DNA of 63,575 nucleotides, filler included, from Chiloscyllium plagiosum (Eukaryota), in the NCBI RefSeq assembly GCF_004010195.1. It is 5 parts of one record of this genome, joined end to end, with 100 filler letters (N's around TTAATTAATTAA, not from the genome) between each part and the next. Parts side by side here need not be neighbours in the genome. Positions count along the whole stretch, not along the records: positions 9,888 to 24,118 come from NC_057714.1; positions 24,219 to 49,836 come from NC_057714.1; 3 more parts are not named here. One strand, written 5' to 3'. Below are positions 13,281 through 25,639 of the stretch, in pieces (the first letter of the stretch is position 1; each line of letters starts with the position of its first letter). The notes beneath the pieces were generated by a model. The model made no database searches, was not told the origin of the DNA, and saw only the letters and a list, made by a program, of their open reading frames with translations. The translations under genes were made by a program, and so were the position numbers.

Positions 13281-14639
13281 TACCTTGCGGCAAATAACAG
13301 TCAGATTAGAGGGGAAAAAGGCATGCATTTCCACAAGATCCATATTTCCTCAGGCTGGGTGAGGTTGGGATTGAGAGTAGAGATAATTCATGAATAGGTC
13401 GGAGGCTGCACCCTCTCCATGCCATCACTTGCATGGTTTTCGATGGGATTTTTTTTCTATTTATTGTACCAGAGAGAGCAGAAAGCTTTTAGACAGGTCA
13501 TGATGCATGTGAAGTGTTCTGTGATGATTCACTGTCATTTGTACATACAGTCAGAAGTAAATATACCTCACCTTGACAAATAGTATGTGCATGAAGAAGT
13601 AATGAGCTTCAAAATAAGTTTTGACAACAAACCAGATCACCGAACATTATGTTACAAATTCATAACATGCCATATTGTACAATGGAAAGTAAAATAAAGT
13701 TGCCATAGACCCAGAAGACCAAAATGTTGCTCCCTCATGGTAGAGAGATAACTGCTGGTGAGTTTTAACATGCAGGTCGACTGCATCAGTGGAGGGATGA
13801 TCCTTGGAAAATGAGTTTGGTTGATATGGCCAATGTATCACCAATCATATTTGCAGCTTCTTTCATACCTATCTGACAACAATTGTGAACAATGTGTTAA
13901 TTGGCAGAGAGCCTGAGAGCCAGATGCAGCTACAGTAAAGACACATGCGTCATAAATCTAACACTGCAAGTGGCAATGCAGATCGACTGTTGTGTGTCGC
14001 CCTCTTCCATTCACTTCTGGCTGTGCTTGATTTCAGATCTGCAGATGGTAACATTGGGTGGGAGGAAGGAAAGGTCACAGGCTTGAAATGTTAATTCTAT
14101 CGCCAGCACCTAAATGAGTTGAAGAGAAGACAAACTGGCTTTGGATCAGTGTGAGGCTTCGGAGTGGTGGCAGACTGGTGAAAGGCAGCGTCTAGATGAG
14201 AGTGGTGATGGAAAAGCACAGCAGGTCAGGCAGCAAAGGCAGCAGTGAGAGAGGAGAGGTCCCAGAAGCAGACAGACTAGCGGTGGACCCGCGTAGGACT
14301 CGGGAGCGGGGAGGTGAGACAAAAACATACAGTGAGCATGGATAGATCCCAAAAGAAGACAAACTGACACTGAAACTGCTTCAACAAAATCTAAGAGTGA
14401 CTTTACAGGAAAACAAGTGGGTATTTGACAGGTATTTCTCTCTCAGCTCTTGTGACTGGATTTTGATTTAAGTTAAAGCCCTAAGTACTGCTTATTAATA
14501 TTTGAGAACATCAAAACAAAGGCATTCTGGCTATTTGACATAAGCAATAATAAGATTTTTCCAGACTAATTTTAAATAGGGGTCAGAGTAAAATAAAGCT
14601 GACAGGTTTCTTTCACCTGAATTCTGTCGAGTTAAGCTG

Positions 14640-15125
14640 TGGCCTGTGATTTGCACATCCTGCACTATGTGGGATCTCCCAGAAGCCCCTGGAGGTCTGG
14701 GTCACCATGTGGGAGGGAGGTGCCTCCAGCTGCAGCAAGTTGCGCTCAGTGTTTTGGGACTTGTGCGGCAGCTCAGGGACACTAGGGTGCATTCACGGGC
14801 CTGAGAGGTTTGTGAATCACACATTTCAGAATGTGTTCACTCTGCAGCTTAAGGAAGTGCAATCAGAAAGGGAATGGGTGAGTTCACAGACAGAAGGAGG
14901 GGAGGTAATGAGGAATCCCCTGAGTGTATCCTGCTCTGCTTGTTGGCTTTGGCAAACAATGAGAGTGATGTTCTTCTGTGGAGGCCAGCCCAAACCATGG
15001 AAGTGTGAACTGTGAGTGGCTCAGCTGCTCAGGGACAGCTGGAGGCAAAATGAGGAAGGGCAACATTACAGGGGACTTGTTAGTAAGTGGAGTAGACAGG
15101 AACTTGTGGCCACAGGCAGATTTGA
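14640..15125 (+). mobile_element. Degenerate CR1 ORF1 fragment
   Basis: VICTSCTMWD...RCLQLQQ, a CxxC zinc-finger-like start typical of CR1 ORF1. Confidence 0.6.
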
Positions 15126-15480
15126 TTAGAAACCTGAATGTTATAGGAAATTGGTAAAGTCTAAGCTTTGTTTTGTAGATATTCATGTCAGAAGATTCCA
15201 CAACTCACAGGAAAGAAACTGAGGGGAATCAGTAAAGTGGAACTGAAAGATTTTGATACAGAGGAACAATTTATGCAGATTTGAAATTCTGCAATGGGTA
15301 GTGTCAGTAAACAGATTGTTTTGATGTGTGTTTTAAGATATTTCTAACTATGTTCTGTATTTAGCTTATTTTCAATTTCTTCTTTTATGTAAGAAATCTC
15401 TGTTCTGTCATTAAAGAAAACTTTCTGCCTTGTGCAAATGTGTTTCAATGACTGACCATCACATTAATTAAATATTAAAG

Positions 15481-15693
15481 AGTTTTGAGAAGACTTGTAT
15501 CTCAGGTTAAGGCTCTGGATGTAGGTTTGCTCACTGAGCTGGAAGGTTCATTTCCAGATGTTTCGTCACCCTATTAGAGAGCAGGAATCATCAGCAGTGC
15601 TTCGCCCGGAGGCCCACTGAAGTTGTTACCTAGTAGGGTGATGAAACGCCTGGAAATAAACCTTCCAGGTCAGCGAACAAACCTATATTCAGA
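15481..15693. mobile_element. PLE-derived fold-back element (third family) with degenerate hammerhead
   Basis: TCTGGATGTAGGTTTGCTCACTGAGCTGGAAGG... and ...CCTTCCAGGTCAGCGAACAAACCTATATTCAGA inverted; core-like CTGAAGT-TGTTACC-TAGTAG-GGTGAT-GAAACGCC at 15617-15650. Confidence 0.75.
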
Positions 15694-16805
15694 TTAATTT
15701 TTTAAAAAATGTACCAAGTTCGATTTAATTCTGGAATATGACTTCTTCAGTACTACCATCAACTGAGATCATAACACCATTTTTGTTAGTGGTTGTGGCT
15801 GGGGAGAGGTAAGCAATCAACGAATTATGATTGCTATTTGGGCATCTTGGAAAACTAGTGATTCTGGTACAAGAGACTTATTGAGCAATGACATGAATAT
15901 TGGTTTGTTGAACAAGCTAGGGTTTCAATGTCATATAAAATATATACTTCAGGGGTTATCTGCTAGTTCTAGGGAACTGTACTAGGTTGATATATGCAGG
16001 CAGACATGAAATTAAAATAAGTTCCATTGAAACCAAAAGAATTGCAGAATGACTTGAGAGTTTATTACTTCTGTGCATTCTGGTGCCTTTGAGTTCAAAG
16101 TCCGAATGACATTTGGTCAAAAGTATTTTAAGTGGGTTTGTTTTAAGCAGAATTTAATGGTCTAAATTTTTCTCATGATGTAATCTTGTACTAAGCAGGT
16201 GGGAGCTTAAAATCTTGAAGAACTCTGTTTTCACTAAATTCACTTAATATCAACCCAGATTTTGAGGTCAACGGTGAAGTGATTTTTAGATACCATTGCT
16301 TTTGAAATGTTTTAGGCAAACTGTTGACCAACCTTCACAGGAAAACATGTCATTACCCATTGAGTTTCTTTGACAAATTATTTTTCGATATTACCTATAA
16401 CAATAAGGTAGACTCTGAAACCTTGAGATTGTTTGCTGAAGATGGCTAAAAGCTTCTTTTGAAAATATAGAATATTGTCAGCAGTCACATTGCTAAGTTG
16501 TTACTGGTTTGCTAACAACCCGCAGCCTTGTTTTATAACAATTACCCAAACACAAACATTTCAGGTATTGTTATGACGAGACCACGGGTGAGGTCCCCAG
16601 TTTGATACAGTTCCAGATAGGATACCCCAAACTATTAAAGTGCTGGATGAAGAGGGATGAACTCACTCCCTTTATTCACACTACCCCCGCCCCCAGGTGG
16701 TTGGTTGAAGCAAAATGAATTTACAAAGGATACCCGTGCATGTGGACACACTTCTCTCAGACCCAAATGAACTTATGCTTTTAAAGGTTGCAATTTAACC
16801 AATTT

Positions 16806-17113
16806 AGTGGGCGGCACGGTGGCACAGTGGTTAGCACTGCTGCCTCACAGCGCCAGAGACCCGGGTTCAGTTCCCGCCTCAGGCGACTGACTGTGTGGAG
16901 TTTGCACGTTCTCCCCGTGTCTGCGTGGGTTTCCTCCGGGTGCTCCGGTTTCCTCCCACAATCCAAAGATGTGCAGGTCAGGTTAATTGGCCATGCTAAA
17001 TTGCCCGTAGTGTTAGGTAAGGGGTAAATGTATGGGTGGGTTGCGCTTCAGCGGGGCGGTGTGGATTTGTTGGGCCGAAGGGCCTATTTCCACACTGTAA
17101 GTAATCTAATCTA
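16806..17113 (+). mobile_element. Young tRNA-derived SINE (HE1-like)
   Basis: GGGCGGCACGGTGGCACAGTGG..., TCTAA tail. Confidence 0.93.
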
Positions 17114-17557
17114 ACCAAGCTTCCTTGAATTAGCAAAAAAAGTGAGTTTATTTATTACTATGCCCAAGTAAAAATACCAACGCTATACACAAACACACAG
17201 ATTAAGAATAAGAGGCAAGTCCAAAAAGTAAAAAAAAGTTAAACAGATCAGTCTCTGAATGGTTCATGAATAGCAGATCTTTGCAGCTGTTATTGGTTTC
17301 CACTTCTAGTGTTGACGTTGGCATGTGAAAACAAGATTTGTGAGATTCTTAGTTTTGTAGACTGATTGAAATTCCTTTGCCCTGATTCCTTTTTCTAACT
17401 ACTTTACAGCACATGCAGTGGGAGTTGGCCTTCCTTTTGTTGTCCTGCTAGCCAGCTTACTTCCACCACTCAGCATAAGAGAAGAGGGTCTTTACCTCCA
17501 ATGCAAGGGTAACAATGGGGATGGTTCATTAACTGTGATCATCACAGCGTGTGAAAA

Positions 17558-17860
17558 GATTAGATTAGATTACTTACAGTGTGGAAACAGGCCCTTCGGC
17601 CCAACAAGTCCACACCGACCTGCCACCCACCCATACCCCTACATTTACCCCTTACCTAACACTACGGGCAATTTAGCATGGCCAATTCACCTGACCTGCA
17701 CATCTTTGGACTGTGGGAGGAAACCGGAGCACCCGGAGGAAACCCACGCAGACACGGGGAGAACGTGCAAACTCCACACAGTCGCCTGAGTTGGGAATTG
17801 AACCCGGGTCTCTAGCGCTGTGAGGCAGCAGTGCTAACCACTGTGCCACCGTGCTGCCCA
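17558..17860 (-). mobile_element. Young tRNA-derived SINE (HE1-like)
   Basis: Reverse-complement copy of the same family. Confidence 0.93.
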
Positions 17861-18544
17861 CAAAACCTGAACGCAGGCTGGTACACATAAATCAGTTCAG
17901 TCCCAATAGTCGACTCTAGTAGGGCTGAAACTGGCTTTTTACTTCCAGGCTTTACATATTTTTCAAAAGGAAAATCACAAAATGTGTCTGGCTTGTGGAG
18001 ATAATCCATAGGGGATAGCTTCTTGTTGAGCAGGGGTCATCGGTCCCCCGTTGAACGTTACTAATTTTTCATAATGATTTTCCCCCATAAGTAAAAGGCA
18101 AATAAGAAACAGAAATGTCGAGGGAGAGGAATAAATTGTTAAGGACTGGTTAATGTCTGAATATTATTGTTAAAGGTTTTTGTAGTCAGTCAACATCAAC
18201 CAAGCCAATGACAATATCTATGCCTGAACTGTTATGCCATCAGCCCCCTTTCTAGACACTGAAGATATGAACCAACTGTCGTACGGCAAAAAAGTAGAAA
18301 ATTGCAGTGGGAAGGATGATAGTACCATCCATAAAATGTGTTTTGGGCAAAATCAAAACAAGACCAATCCTGTCCATTAGTGGGTGTGGATTCCAATGAT
18401 CTTGCTCACAAGTGAGTAACATTCTGGAGGGAAACACTGAGAAGGACATTGGTTTTCTATTAACCAGCAGAGGTTATGGCAGAATATTCCCTTAGAGGTT
18501 GACTAGAAAAGACCATTTGGCCTTCACAAACTATTCCTAACAAG

Positions 18545-19210
18545 ATTTAGAGGTGCTGGTGTTGGACTGGGGTGTACAAAGTTAAAAGTCACACAACACC
18601 AGGTTAGAGTCCAACAGGTTTATTTGGAAGTACTAGCGTTCGGAGCGCTACTCCTTCAGCAGGAGGGTGTGGAGTATTAAGATTGTAAGACACAGAATTT
18701 ATAGCAAAAGTTTACAGTGTGATGTAACTCAAATGATATATTGAAAAAGACCTGGATTTGTTAAGTCCCTCATCTTTTACTATAACCATGCTAGTTTCAG
18801 TTCTTTCATATATAAATCTTAGAACTTTTTTTTAAAGTTACATTCTCAAGTGAACTTTAACAATAGGTGCCATGTCAATTCAGAGAATGAATTGAAGGCA
18901 TGAGATTAAAGTCTGTCTGTCTGTGCATCGACGTTCAGACAGATTCTATTTCCAAAAAAGTGATTTACAGAATCTTACATGGATTCATGCAGTTTTTGAG
19001 CAAAATAAAATGTAATTCAGCAAGTATAAGTTCACTTATATGTGTATGTATTGGGAGGTGTGAGTGTCGTGAGAGTGTGTGTATGTGTATGTGTGTGAAT
19101 GTAATGGGGTATAAGTCTGCGAGAGGGCGCATGCGTGGATGTGAGTGTGGGTGAGTATGTGAGAGAGAGTCTGCATGAGGGTATGGGTCTATAAGAGTGT
19201 GTGTGTGTTG
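18545..19210 (-). mobile_element. PLE terminal region with degenerate hammerhead and GT-rich microsatellite tract
   Basis: Same arm as 7588-7670; the following sequence matches 59555-59872 in reverse. Confidence 0.65.
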
Positions 19211-19469
19211 GTTTACATTTTCTGAGCAGCATGAAAAAAGTACAGATTTGAGAGAGAAAACCAAAATCAAAATGGCAGGGCTGAATGGGAGGAAGAGGAG
19301 GTGAGAGATTAATGTGGGGTTTAAGGAGGGCCACAAAGAAAGACAAAAATAGTGAATCTGATTCAATTGGTACCCCAAATATCCATGTAAATTGTCACAA
19401 ATTGGATTGTTGGTTACATAGGTATTGTAAAGGTTAGGCAAGCTGTTGTAGTGTTAGACAATCTAGAAT

Positions 19470-20045
19470 TGCATTGGCTCTACATTGGGGAGATTGGACG
19501 CCTCCTCGCAGAGCGCTTTAGGGAACATCTCTGGGCCCAATCAATCACACCGCCCTGTGACCCAACATTTCAACTCCCCCTCCCACTCTGTCGTGGGCAT
19601 GGAGGTCCTGGGCCTCCTCCACCGCTGCTCCCTCACCACCAGATGCCTGGAGGAAGAACGCCTCATCTTCCGCCTCGGAACACTTCAACCCTCGGACATC
19701 AATGTGGACTTCAACAGTTTCCTCATTTCCCCTTACCCCACCTCACCCCAGTTCCAAACTTCCAGCTCAGCACTGTCCCCATGACTTGTCCTACCTGCCT
19801 ATCTTCTTTTCCACCTATCCACTTCACCCTCCCCCCTAACCTATCACTTCATCCCCTCCTCCACTCACCCATTGTACTCTATGCTACTTTCTCCCCACCC
19901 GCACCCTCCTCTCATTTATCTCTCCACCCTTCAGGCTCTCTGCCTGTATTCCTGATGAAGGGCTTTTGCCCGAAACGGCGATTTTCCTGTTCCTCGGATC
20001 CTGCCTGAATTGCTGTGCTTTTCCAGCACCACTCTAATCTAGAAT
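19470..20045 (+). mobile_element. Penelope-like element 3' end: GIY-YIG endonuclease C-terminal remnant plus pLTR with hammerhead core
   Basis: LYIGEIGRLLAERFREH / PVTQHFNSPSHS..MEVLGL..EEERLIFRLGTLQPSDINVDF; core CTGATGAAGGGCTTTTGCCCGAAACGGC at 19952-19979. Confidence 0.88.
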
Positions 20046-20479
20046 TACAGTCCATAGACCAAGAGGTTGTGGTGAGTGCAAATACAGGCAAAATGGGGTC
20101 AGCAGTAAAGAGTTTTCTCCTCCCCACTGGAACCTGACTCTGCGTATTTTTAATAATTAGTCAAACATTATCTATTTTTTGAAAGCTTCCCACTTGTCAG
20201 TCATCCCCTTAACCTGTGAACAGTTTACTTCAATCAACTTTTGAAAGTTGTCTTTCTCCAACTAAAACTAAATGGATTATGATCACTGGGGCCCCACTCA
20301 CACTTTGGTCACTTGCACTGCCTTATTTTCAAAGAGAAGGTCCAGTTTTACTCCTCTAATATGTAAAGAAAATTTTCTTGAACACATTTAACTAATTCCT
20401 CAATATCCAAGCCTGGAACACAATGGCGGTTGCAGATGATGTTTGGAAAATTAAAATCCCCTACTATTACAACCCTGTA

Positions 20480-20755
20480 CGACCCTATGACTATCATCCA
20501 TCCTTTTGCCTGCATAACCATATTTTTTTCTTTCTCTGGGCTCCGTGTCTACCTATCCATTTATTCTTTTCCCTCTAATCCCCAGTCTTCAGCATACCTA
20601 TTATTTTTTACCTGCTATTAGTTCTGAAGTAGGATCACTGGACTTGAAACCTTAACCCGCTTTCTCTCCATAGACGCTCCTGGACCTGCTGAGTTTCTCC
20701 AGCAATCTCTGTTCTTGTTTCAGATCTTCAGCACCTGCAGGGTTCTTTGTTTTAT
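20480..20755 (+). mobile_element. Old PLE terminal fragment with degenerate hammerhead
   Basis: CTGAAGTAGGATCACTGGACTTGAAACCTT..GACCTGCTGAGTTTCTCCAGCA. Confidence 0.55.
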
Positions 20756-21271
20756 TGAAAATGGCAGTGCCCCTGTCAAATTAGGTTGACATCATGAGAT
20801 GCCTATTTGGCATACTTCTGGAGCATACTTTCAACACTCAAATTAATATCCTCAACAAGATGCAATTTGGCATGAAACATGTTTTAAGTACGTACATGTA
20901 CCATAGTATAAGCAATAGACAGCCCAGTTTTGAAGACTCGCTCTTTAAGAACAGTTTTTATTTGTCAGAGTCCTTGATGAATAAATCCTTTCGTACACCT
21001 TGACTTGATGATTGTCACAGTGATAGGAACACGATGAAAACTTTGTGATAAGTAGTTCGGAGGCATGAGAGCCACTTCAAATATTTTTAAAATCCAGTTT
21101 TGATAATCAGAAATCAACAGCTGTCATTGTATCTCTTTACCCCTGGCACAATTTACAGACAGCTCCATCAATCAGTCAGAAATGCTCATGAGATAAATCC
21201 CGAAACAAAACCAAACTAAAAGAATAACATTCATTGTACATGATGGCAACAACGTTCCAGTACCTACATTC

Positions 21272-21540
21272 TGATTAGATTCCCTACAGTGTGGAAACAG
21301 GCCCTTCGGCCCAACCAGTCCACACCGACCCTCTGAAGAGTAACCCACCTAGGCCCAATTCCCTCTGACTAATACACCTAACACTATGGGCAATTTAGCA
21401 TGACCTGCACATCTTTGGACTGTGGGAGGAAACCCACGCAGACACGGGGAAAATGTGCAAACTCCACACAGTCACCCAAGGCTGCAATCCCTGAGTCCCT
21501 GGTGCTGCGAGGCAGCAGTGCTAACCACTGAGCCACCGTA
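21272..21540 (-). mobile_element. tRNA-derived SINE (HE1-like)
   Basis: Family consensus motifs in reverse. Confidence 0.88.
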
Positions 21541-22722
21541 TTGTCCGTGCTTTGGACATTTTGACTAGTTTCTGTTATAAAAAATACTTCAGCCAAGGGC
21601 TCTTATCAGGGAAGCAGACAAAGAGACACAGAATTCAGTTTGTGGTTTCATGAACAAACTCTTCCTTATTAAAAATACCATGTCAATGTTTCCCAAATTC
21701 CCACAATATTTACTCTCTGACTAGCTCTATCCCATCTGAGAAAAGGATATTACCTGCAATAATCCATGTGTTTGAGTTGGGTTGTTAGAATGTCCTCTCT
21801 CTCCAACGCAGGGCTGGCTCTATTCCATGAAAGTGGGTCTCCCAGGTCAGGGCAGAGCTTCTCCTGGGTCTTCGTGTGTTGCTGCAGGGTCTTACGGGGT
21901 GGCTTCCTCATCCTGGTCCTTCCAGAATGATCTATGGCCTTTGGCCAATGGAGTTATAAGCAGCATTCAAATCATTGAATAGGTTTGTGCCAATGCCCTT
22001 TATTATTACCATGCCGGAGAGGTGTGAAGGGCATGTCTGCAGGGACTAGCTAGAAGTCAAAGTTCCTGAAAGTTTGATCAAAACTTCTCCAATGCACAAC
22101 CTTTTAAAGAGGGTTTAAGGGTTACTGCGGATTATATCTGCAATAAATGCTGTTGGCTGCGAATCTTATCAGATCGAGTGGTTCAGTTAGAGAGACAGAT
22201 AGAAGCGATGAGGAATTTGCAACAGCAACAGTATGTGATGGATGGCAGTTATAGGAAGGGGGGAAAGTCTCAGATACAGTCACATAGATGGGTTAACTCC
22301 AGGAAAGGTAAAAGAGAGAGGCAGCTAGTGCAGGAGTCTTTTGTAGATATACCCATTTCAAACAGGTATGCTGTTTTGGAAAATGTAAGGGGTGATGGAT
22401 TCTCAGAGGAACGTAGCACGAACAGCCAAGTTTCTGGTATTGAGACTGGCTCTGATGCAATGAGGGGTACGTCGGCTTCCAAGAGATCAATTGTGTTAGG
22501 ACACTCCCAAGTCAGATGTACAGACAAATGTTTCTGTGGCCAGCAGAGAAAAATCAGAATGGTGTTGCTAGAACTGCTCAGGAGGATTTAATTTAGTAAG
22601 GTGGGGGGGTGGGACCCAGGGAGATAGTGAGGAAAGAGATCAATCTGAGACTGGTACAGTTGAGAACAGAGGCGCGTCAAACAGTCAGTGCAGGCAGGGA
22701 CAAGGTTGGACTAATAAATTAA

Positions 22723-23038
22723 AGTGGGCGGCATGGTGGCACAGTGGTTAGCATTGCCGCCTCACAGCGCGAGAGACCTGGGTTCAATTCCCGCCTCAGG
22801 CGACTGTGTGGAGTTTGCACATTCTCCCCATGTCTGCATGGGTTTCCTCTGGGTGCTCCGGTTTCCTCCCACAGTCCAAAAAAAATGTGCAGGTTTGGTG
22901 AATTGGCCATGCTAAATTGCCCGTAGTGTTAGGTGCAGGGGTAAATATAGGGGAATGGGTCTGGGTGGGTTGCACTTCGGCGGGTCGGTGTGGACTTGTT
23001 GGGCCGAAGGGCCTGTTTCCACACTGTAAGTAATCTAA
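22723..23038 (+). mobile_element. tRNA-derived SINE nested at the CR1 ORF1/ORF2 junction
   Basis: Splits CTAATAAATTAAA|CTGCATTTATTTC, which is contiguous in the 3267-3575 copy. Confidence 0.92.
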
Positions 23039-24009
23039 ACTGCATTTATTTCAATGCAAGGGGCCTAACAGGGAAGGCAGATGAACTCAGGGCATGGTTA
23101 GGAACATGGGACTGGGATATCATAGCAATTACAGAAATGATGGGCAGGAGTGGCAGTTTAATTTTCCAGGATACAATTGCTACAGAAAGGATAGAAAGGG
23201 AGGCACAAGAGGAGGGGGGGTGGCATCTTTGATAAAGGATAGCATTACAGCTGTGCTGAGAAACAAGAAAGGGATGATCACCTTATTGGGATTGTAGTAT
23301 AGACCCCCTAATAGTCAGAGGGAAATTGAGAAACAAACTTGTAAGGAGATCTCAGCTATCTGTAAAAATAATAGGCTGGTTATGGTAGGGGATTTTAACT
23401 TTCCAAACANNNNNNNNNNNNNNNNNNNNNNNNNNNNNNNNNNNNNNNNNNNCTTGGGAAATAAGGCAGGGCAGGTGACTGAGGTGTCAGTGGGGGAGCA
23501 CTTTGGGACCAGCGACCACCATTCTATTAGATTTAAAATACTGATGGAAAAGGATAGACCAGATCGAAAAGTTGAAGTTGTAAATTGGAGAAAGGCCAAT
23601 TTTGACAGTATTAGGCAAGAATTTTCGAAAGCTGATTGGAGGCAGATGTTCGCACTTAAAGAGACGGCTGGAAAATGGGAAGCCTTCAGAAATGAGATAA
23701 CAAGAATCCAGAGAAAGTATATTCCTGTCAGGGTGAAAGGAAATGCTGGTAGGTATAGGGAATGCTGGATGACTAAAGAAATTGAGGGTTTGGTTAAGAA
23801 AAAGAGGGAAGCATATGTCAGGAATAGACAGGATAGATCGAGTGGATCCTTAGAAGAGTATAAAGGAAGTAGGAGTATACTTAAGAGGGAAATCAGGAGG
23901 GCAAAAAGGGGACATGAGATAGCTTTGGAAAATAGAATTAAGGAGAATCCAAAGAGTTTTTACAAATACAAAAGAGTAACTCGGGAGAGAATAGGGCTCC
24001 TTCAAGAAC

Positions 24010-24118
24010 AGAGCTGAAAATGTGTTGCCGGAAAAGTGTAGCAGGTCAGGCAGCATCCAAGGAACAGGAGAATCGACATTTCGGGCATAAGCCCTTCTTC
24101 AGGAAGCCCTTCCTGAAG
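24010..24118 (-). mobile_element. PLE short element with hammerhead core, cut by gap
   Basis: Minus strand CTGAAGAAGGGCTTATGCCCGAAATGTCGATT; an inverted arm (TCCTGAAG) begins just before the gap. Confidence 0.8.
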
Positions 24119-24218
24119 NNNNNNNNNNNNNNNNNNNNNNNNNNNNNNNNNNNNNNNNNNNNTTAATTAATTAANNNNNNNNNNNNNNNNNNNNNNNNNN
24201 NNNNNNNNNNNNNNNNNN
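24119..24218. other. 100-bp scaffold gap with TTAATTAATTAA linker (24163-24174)
   Basis: 44 N + 12-mer + 44 N. Confidence 0.95.
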
Positions 24219-25639
24219 GGTGAGAGGGGAAAGATATAAAAGAGACCTAAGGGGCAACTTTTTCACACGGAGGGTGGTACGTGTATGGAATGAGCTGCCA
24301 GAGGAAGTGGTGGAGGCTGGTACAATTGCAACATTTAAGAGGCATTTGGATGGGTATATGAATAGGAAGGGTTTGGAGGGATATGGGCCGGATGCTGGCA
24401 AGTGGGACTAGACTGGGTTGGGATATATGGTCAGCATGGACGGGTTGGATCGAAGGGTCTGTTTCCATGCTGAACATCTCTATGACTCTATGACTCTTTG
24501 GGCTGGTTGTAACTGATTCCCCCTGAGACTTTTTGCGTCTTTGACCTTGGTTTCCTTGTTCTCTGTAGCCAGTAGCTGCTTGTTGTTGGTTTTTCTGGCT
24601 GTTGGTCAATTTAGAATGTCCAGTTTTTGGTCTGTGGTTGCTTGGCTACACATGGAGCAGAAATAAAGTCTAATTTCCAAGGTATTCAAACATAAATTGA
24701 GAGCAAATAACATGATCGATGCAGACAATTCAGCAACTTGTTAACTAAATCAAGGCAAAATACACTGTGAAAGAACTGCAAGCTGACTTTAACCAAATTT
24801 CTCCATTTGCAGCTAATTATGTGCATGTTATGTGAAAATTAGTTTTAAAAATTAATCCTACTTCTCATGGAGAGAATTGTTTTTGTTATCTCTATTTTTC
24901 TAAGATCACAAGATGTATGCCAGGGCCAAGTGTTCAAGCTGAGAAGTGTTATCGGGCTGTGGACTAAGCCAGTTTATTGAAAAATCATTTCTTTCCAGGG
25001 TGACATGAATTCATTACTTAAAATCTGGTCAAACATATTTGAGGGAGTTTGCATGCTTCAGGGCAAAGGGGCTTTTGCTTTGCTTCTGAAGTTACAAGAT
25101 TAATGGAGTCTGCATTCAGTATCAGCTCCTGACCTATAACATTCGAAGGAAGCTGAGTGAAAGTCCCTGCAGAAGGAAGTCTCATCCTGCATAATTTCAC
25201 AGCTAGTATAGCTTTGATTTTCAATTTGCTCCATGATTATACGAGTTTACAATTCACATGAACGCAAAGCACGAGGAGTATGAAAGCATCTCTTTTCCCA
25301 TTGTTTTAATTTTCAGTTCAAAATCTTTATTTTACAGTATAGTGCCATTGAAGTACTTCAGAATAACAACTTATAACATTGTGTTGGAGCTTGTGGGTGG
25401 AATTTGCACTGGCTGGATGAATCCTTCACCTACTTTAGACTTGCCTTTTGAAGCAGGCATTTTTTCCTCAACGTTGCCCAAAGGGCATTTGTCCTGCCCT
25501 AGTATTTAATGTTTCTATGGGCAAAAGAGAGCCCATTTATAATTTAAAGGGAGAAAATGCAATTGATTGCAGAGCTTAACTTTAAAAAAAATCAATGAGC
25601 ACTTTTCCTGAATTTATCATATAGAATTCGTATAGTATT

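Larger units (their letters stand above)
16569..18076 (-). mobile_element. Possible solo LTR hosting two SINEs
   Basis: Begins TGTTATG and ends near TCATAAT; TTTATT signal; non-coding. Boundaries uncertain. Confidence 0.3.
22125..24497 (+). mobile_element. Long CR1 LINE (ORF1, APE endonuclease, 3' end) with nested SINE and PLE, spanning gaps
   Basis: ORF1 ..IPISNRYAVLE..RSIVLGHS; ORF2 CIYFNARGL..DIIAITE, VGDFNFPN, TSDHHSI; 3' tail at 24219-24497. Confidence 0.9.

Noticed and set aside
16809..16885. tRNA-like sequence with A and B boxes
   Set aside because: It is a SINE head fused to the SINE body; no complete cloverleaf.
16781..17888. Recurrent ORFs such as DCGRKPEHPEETHADTGR and VAQWLALLPHSARDPGS
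   Set aside because: Translations of the SINE consensus, not genes.
18965..19441. 158-aa His/Thr-rich ORF
   Set aside because: Product of a (GT)n-rich microsatellite in a PLE.
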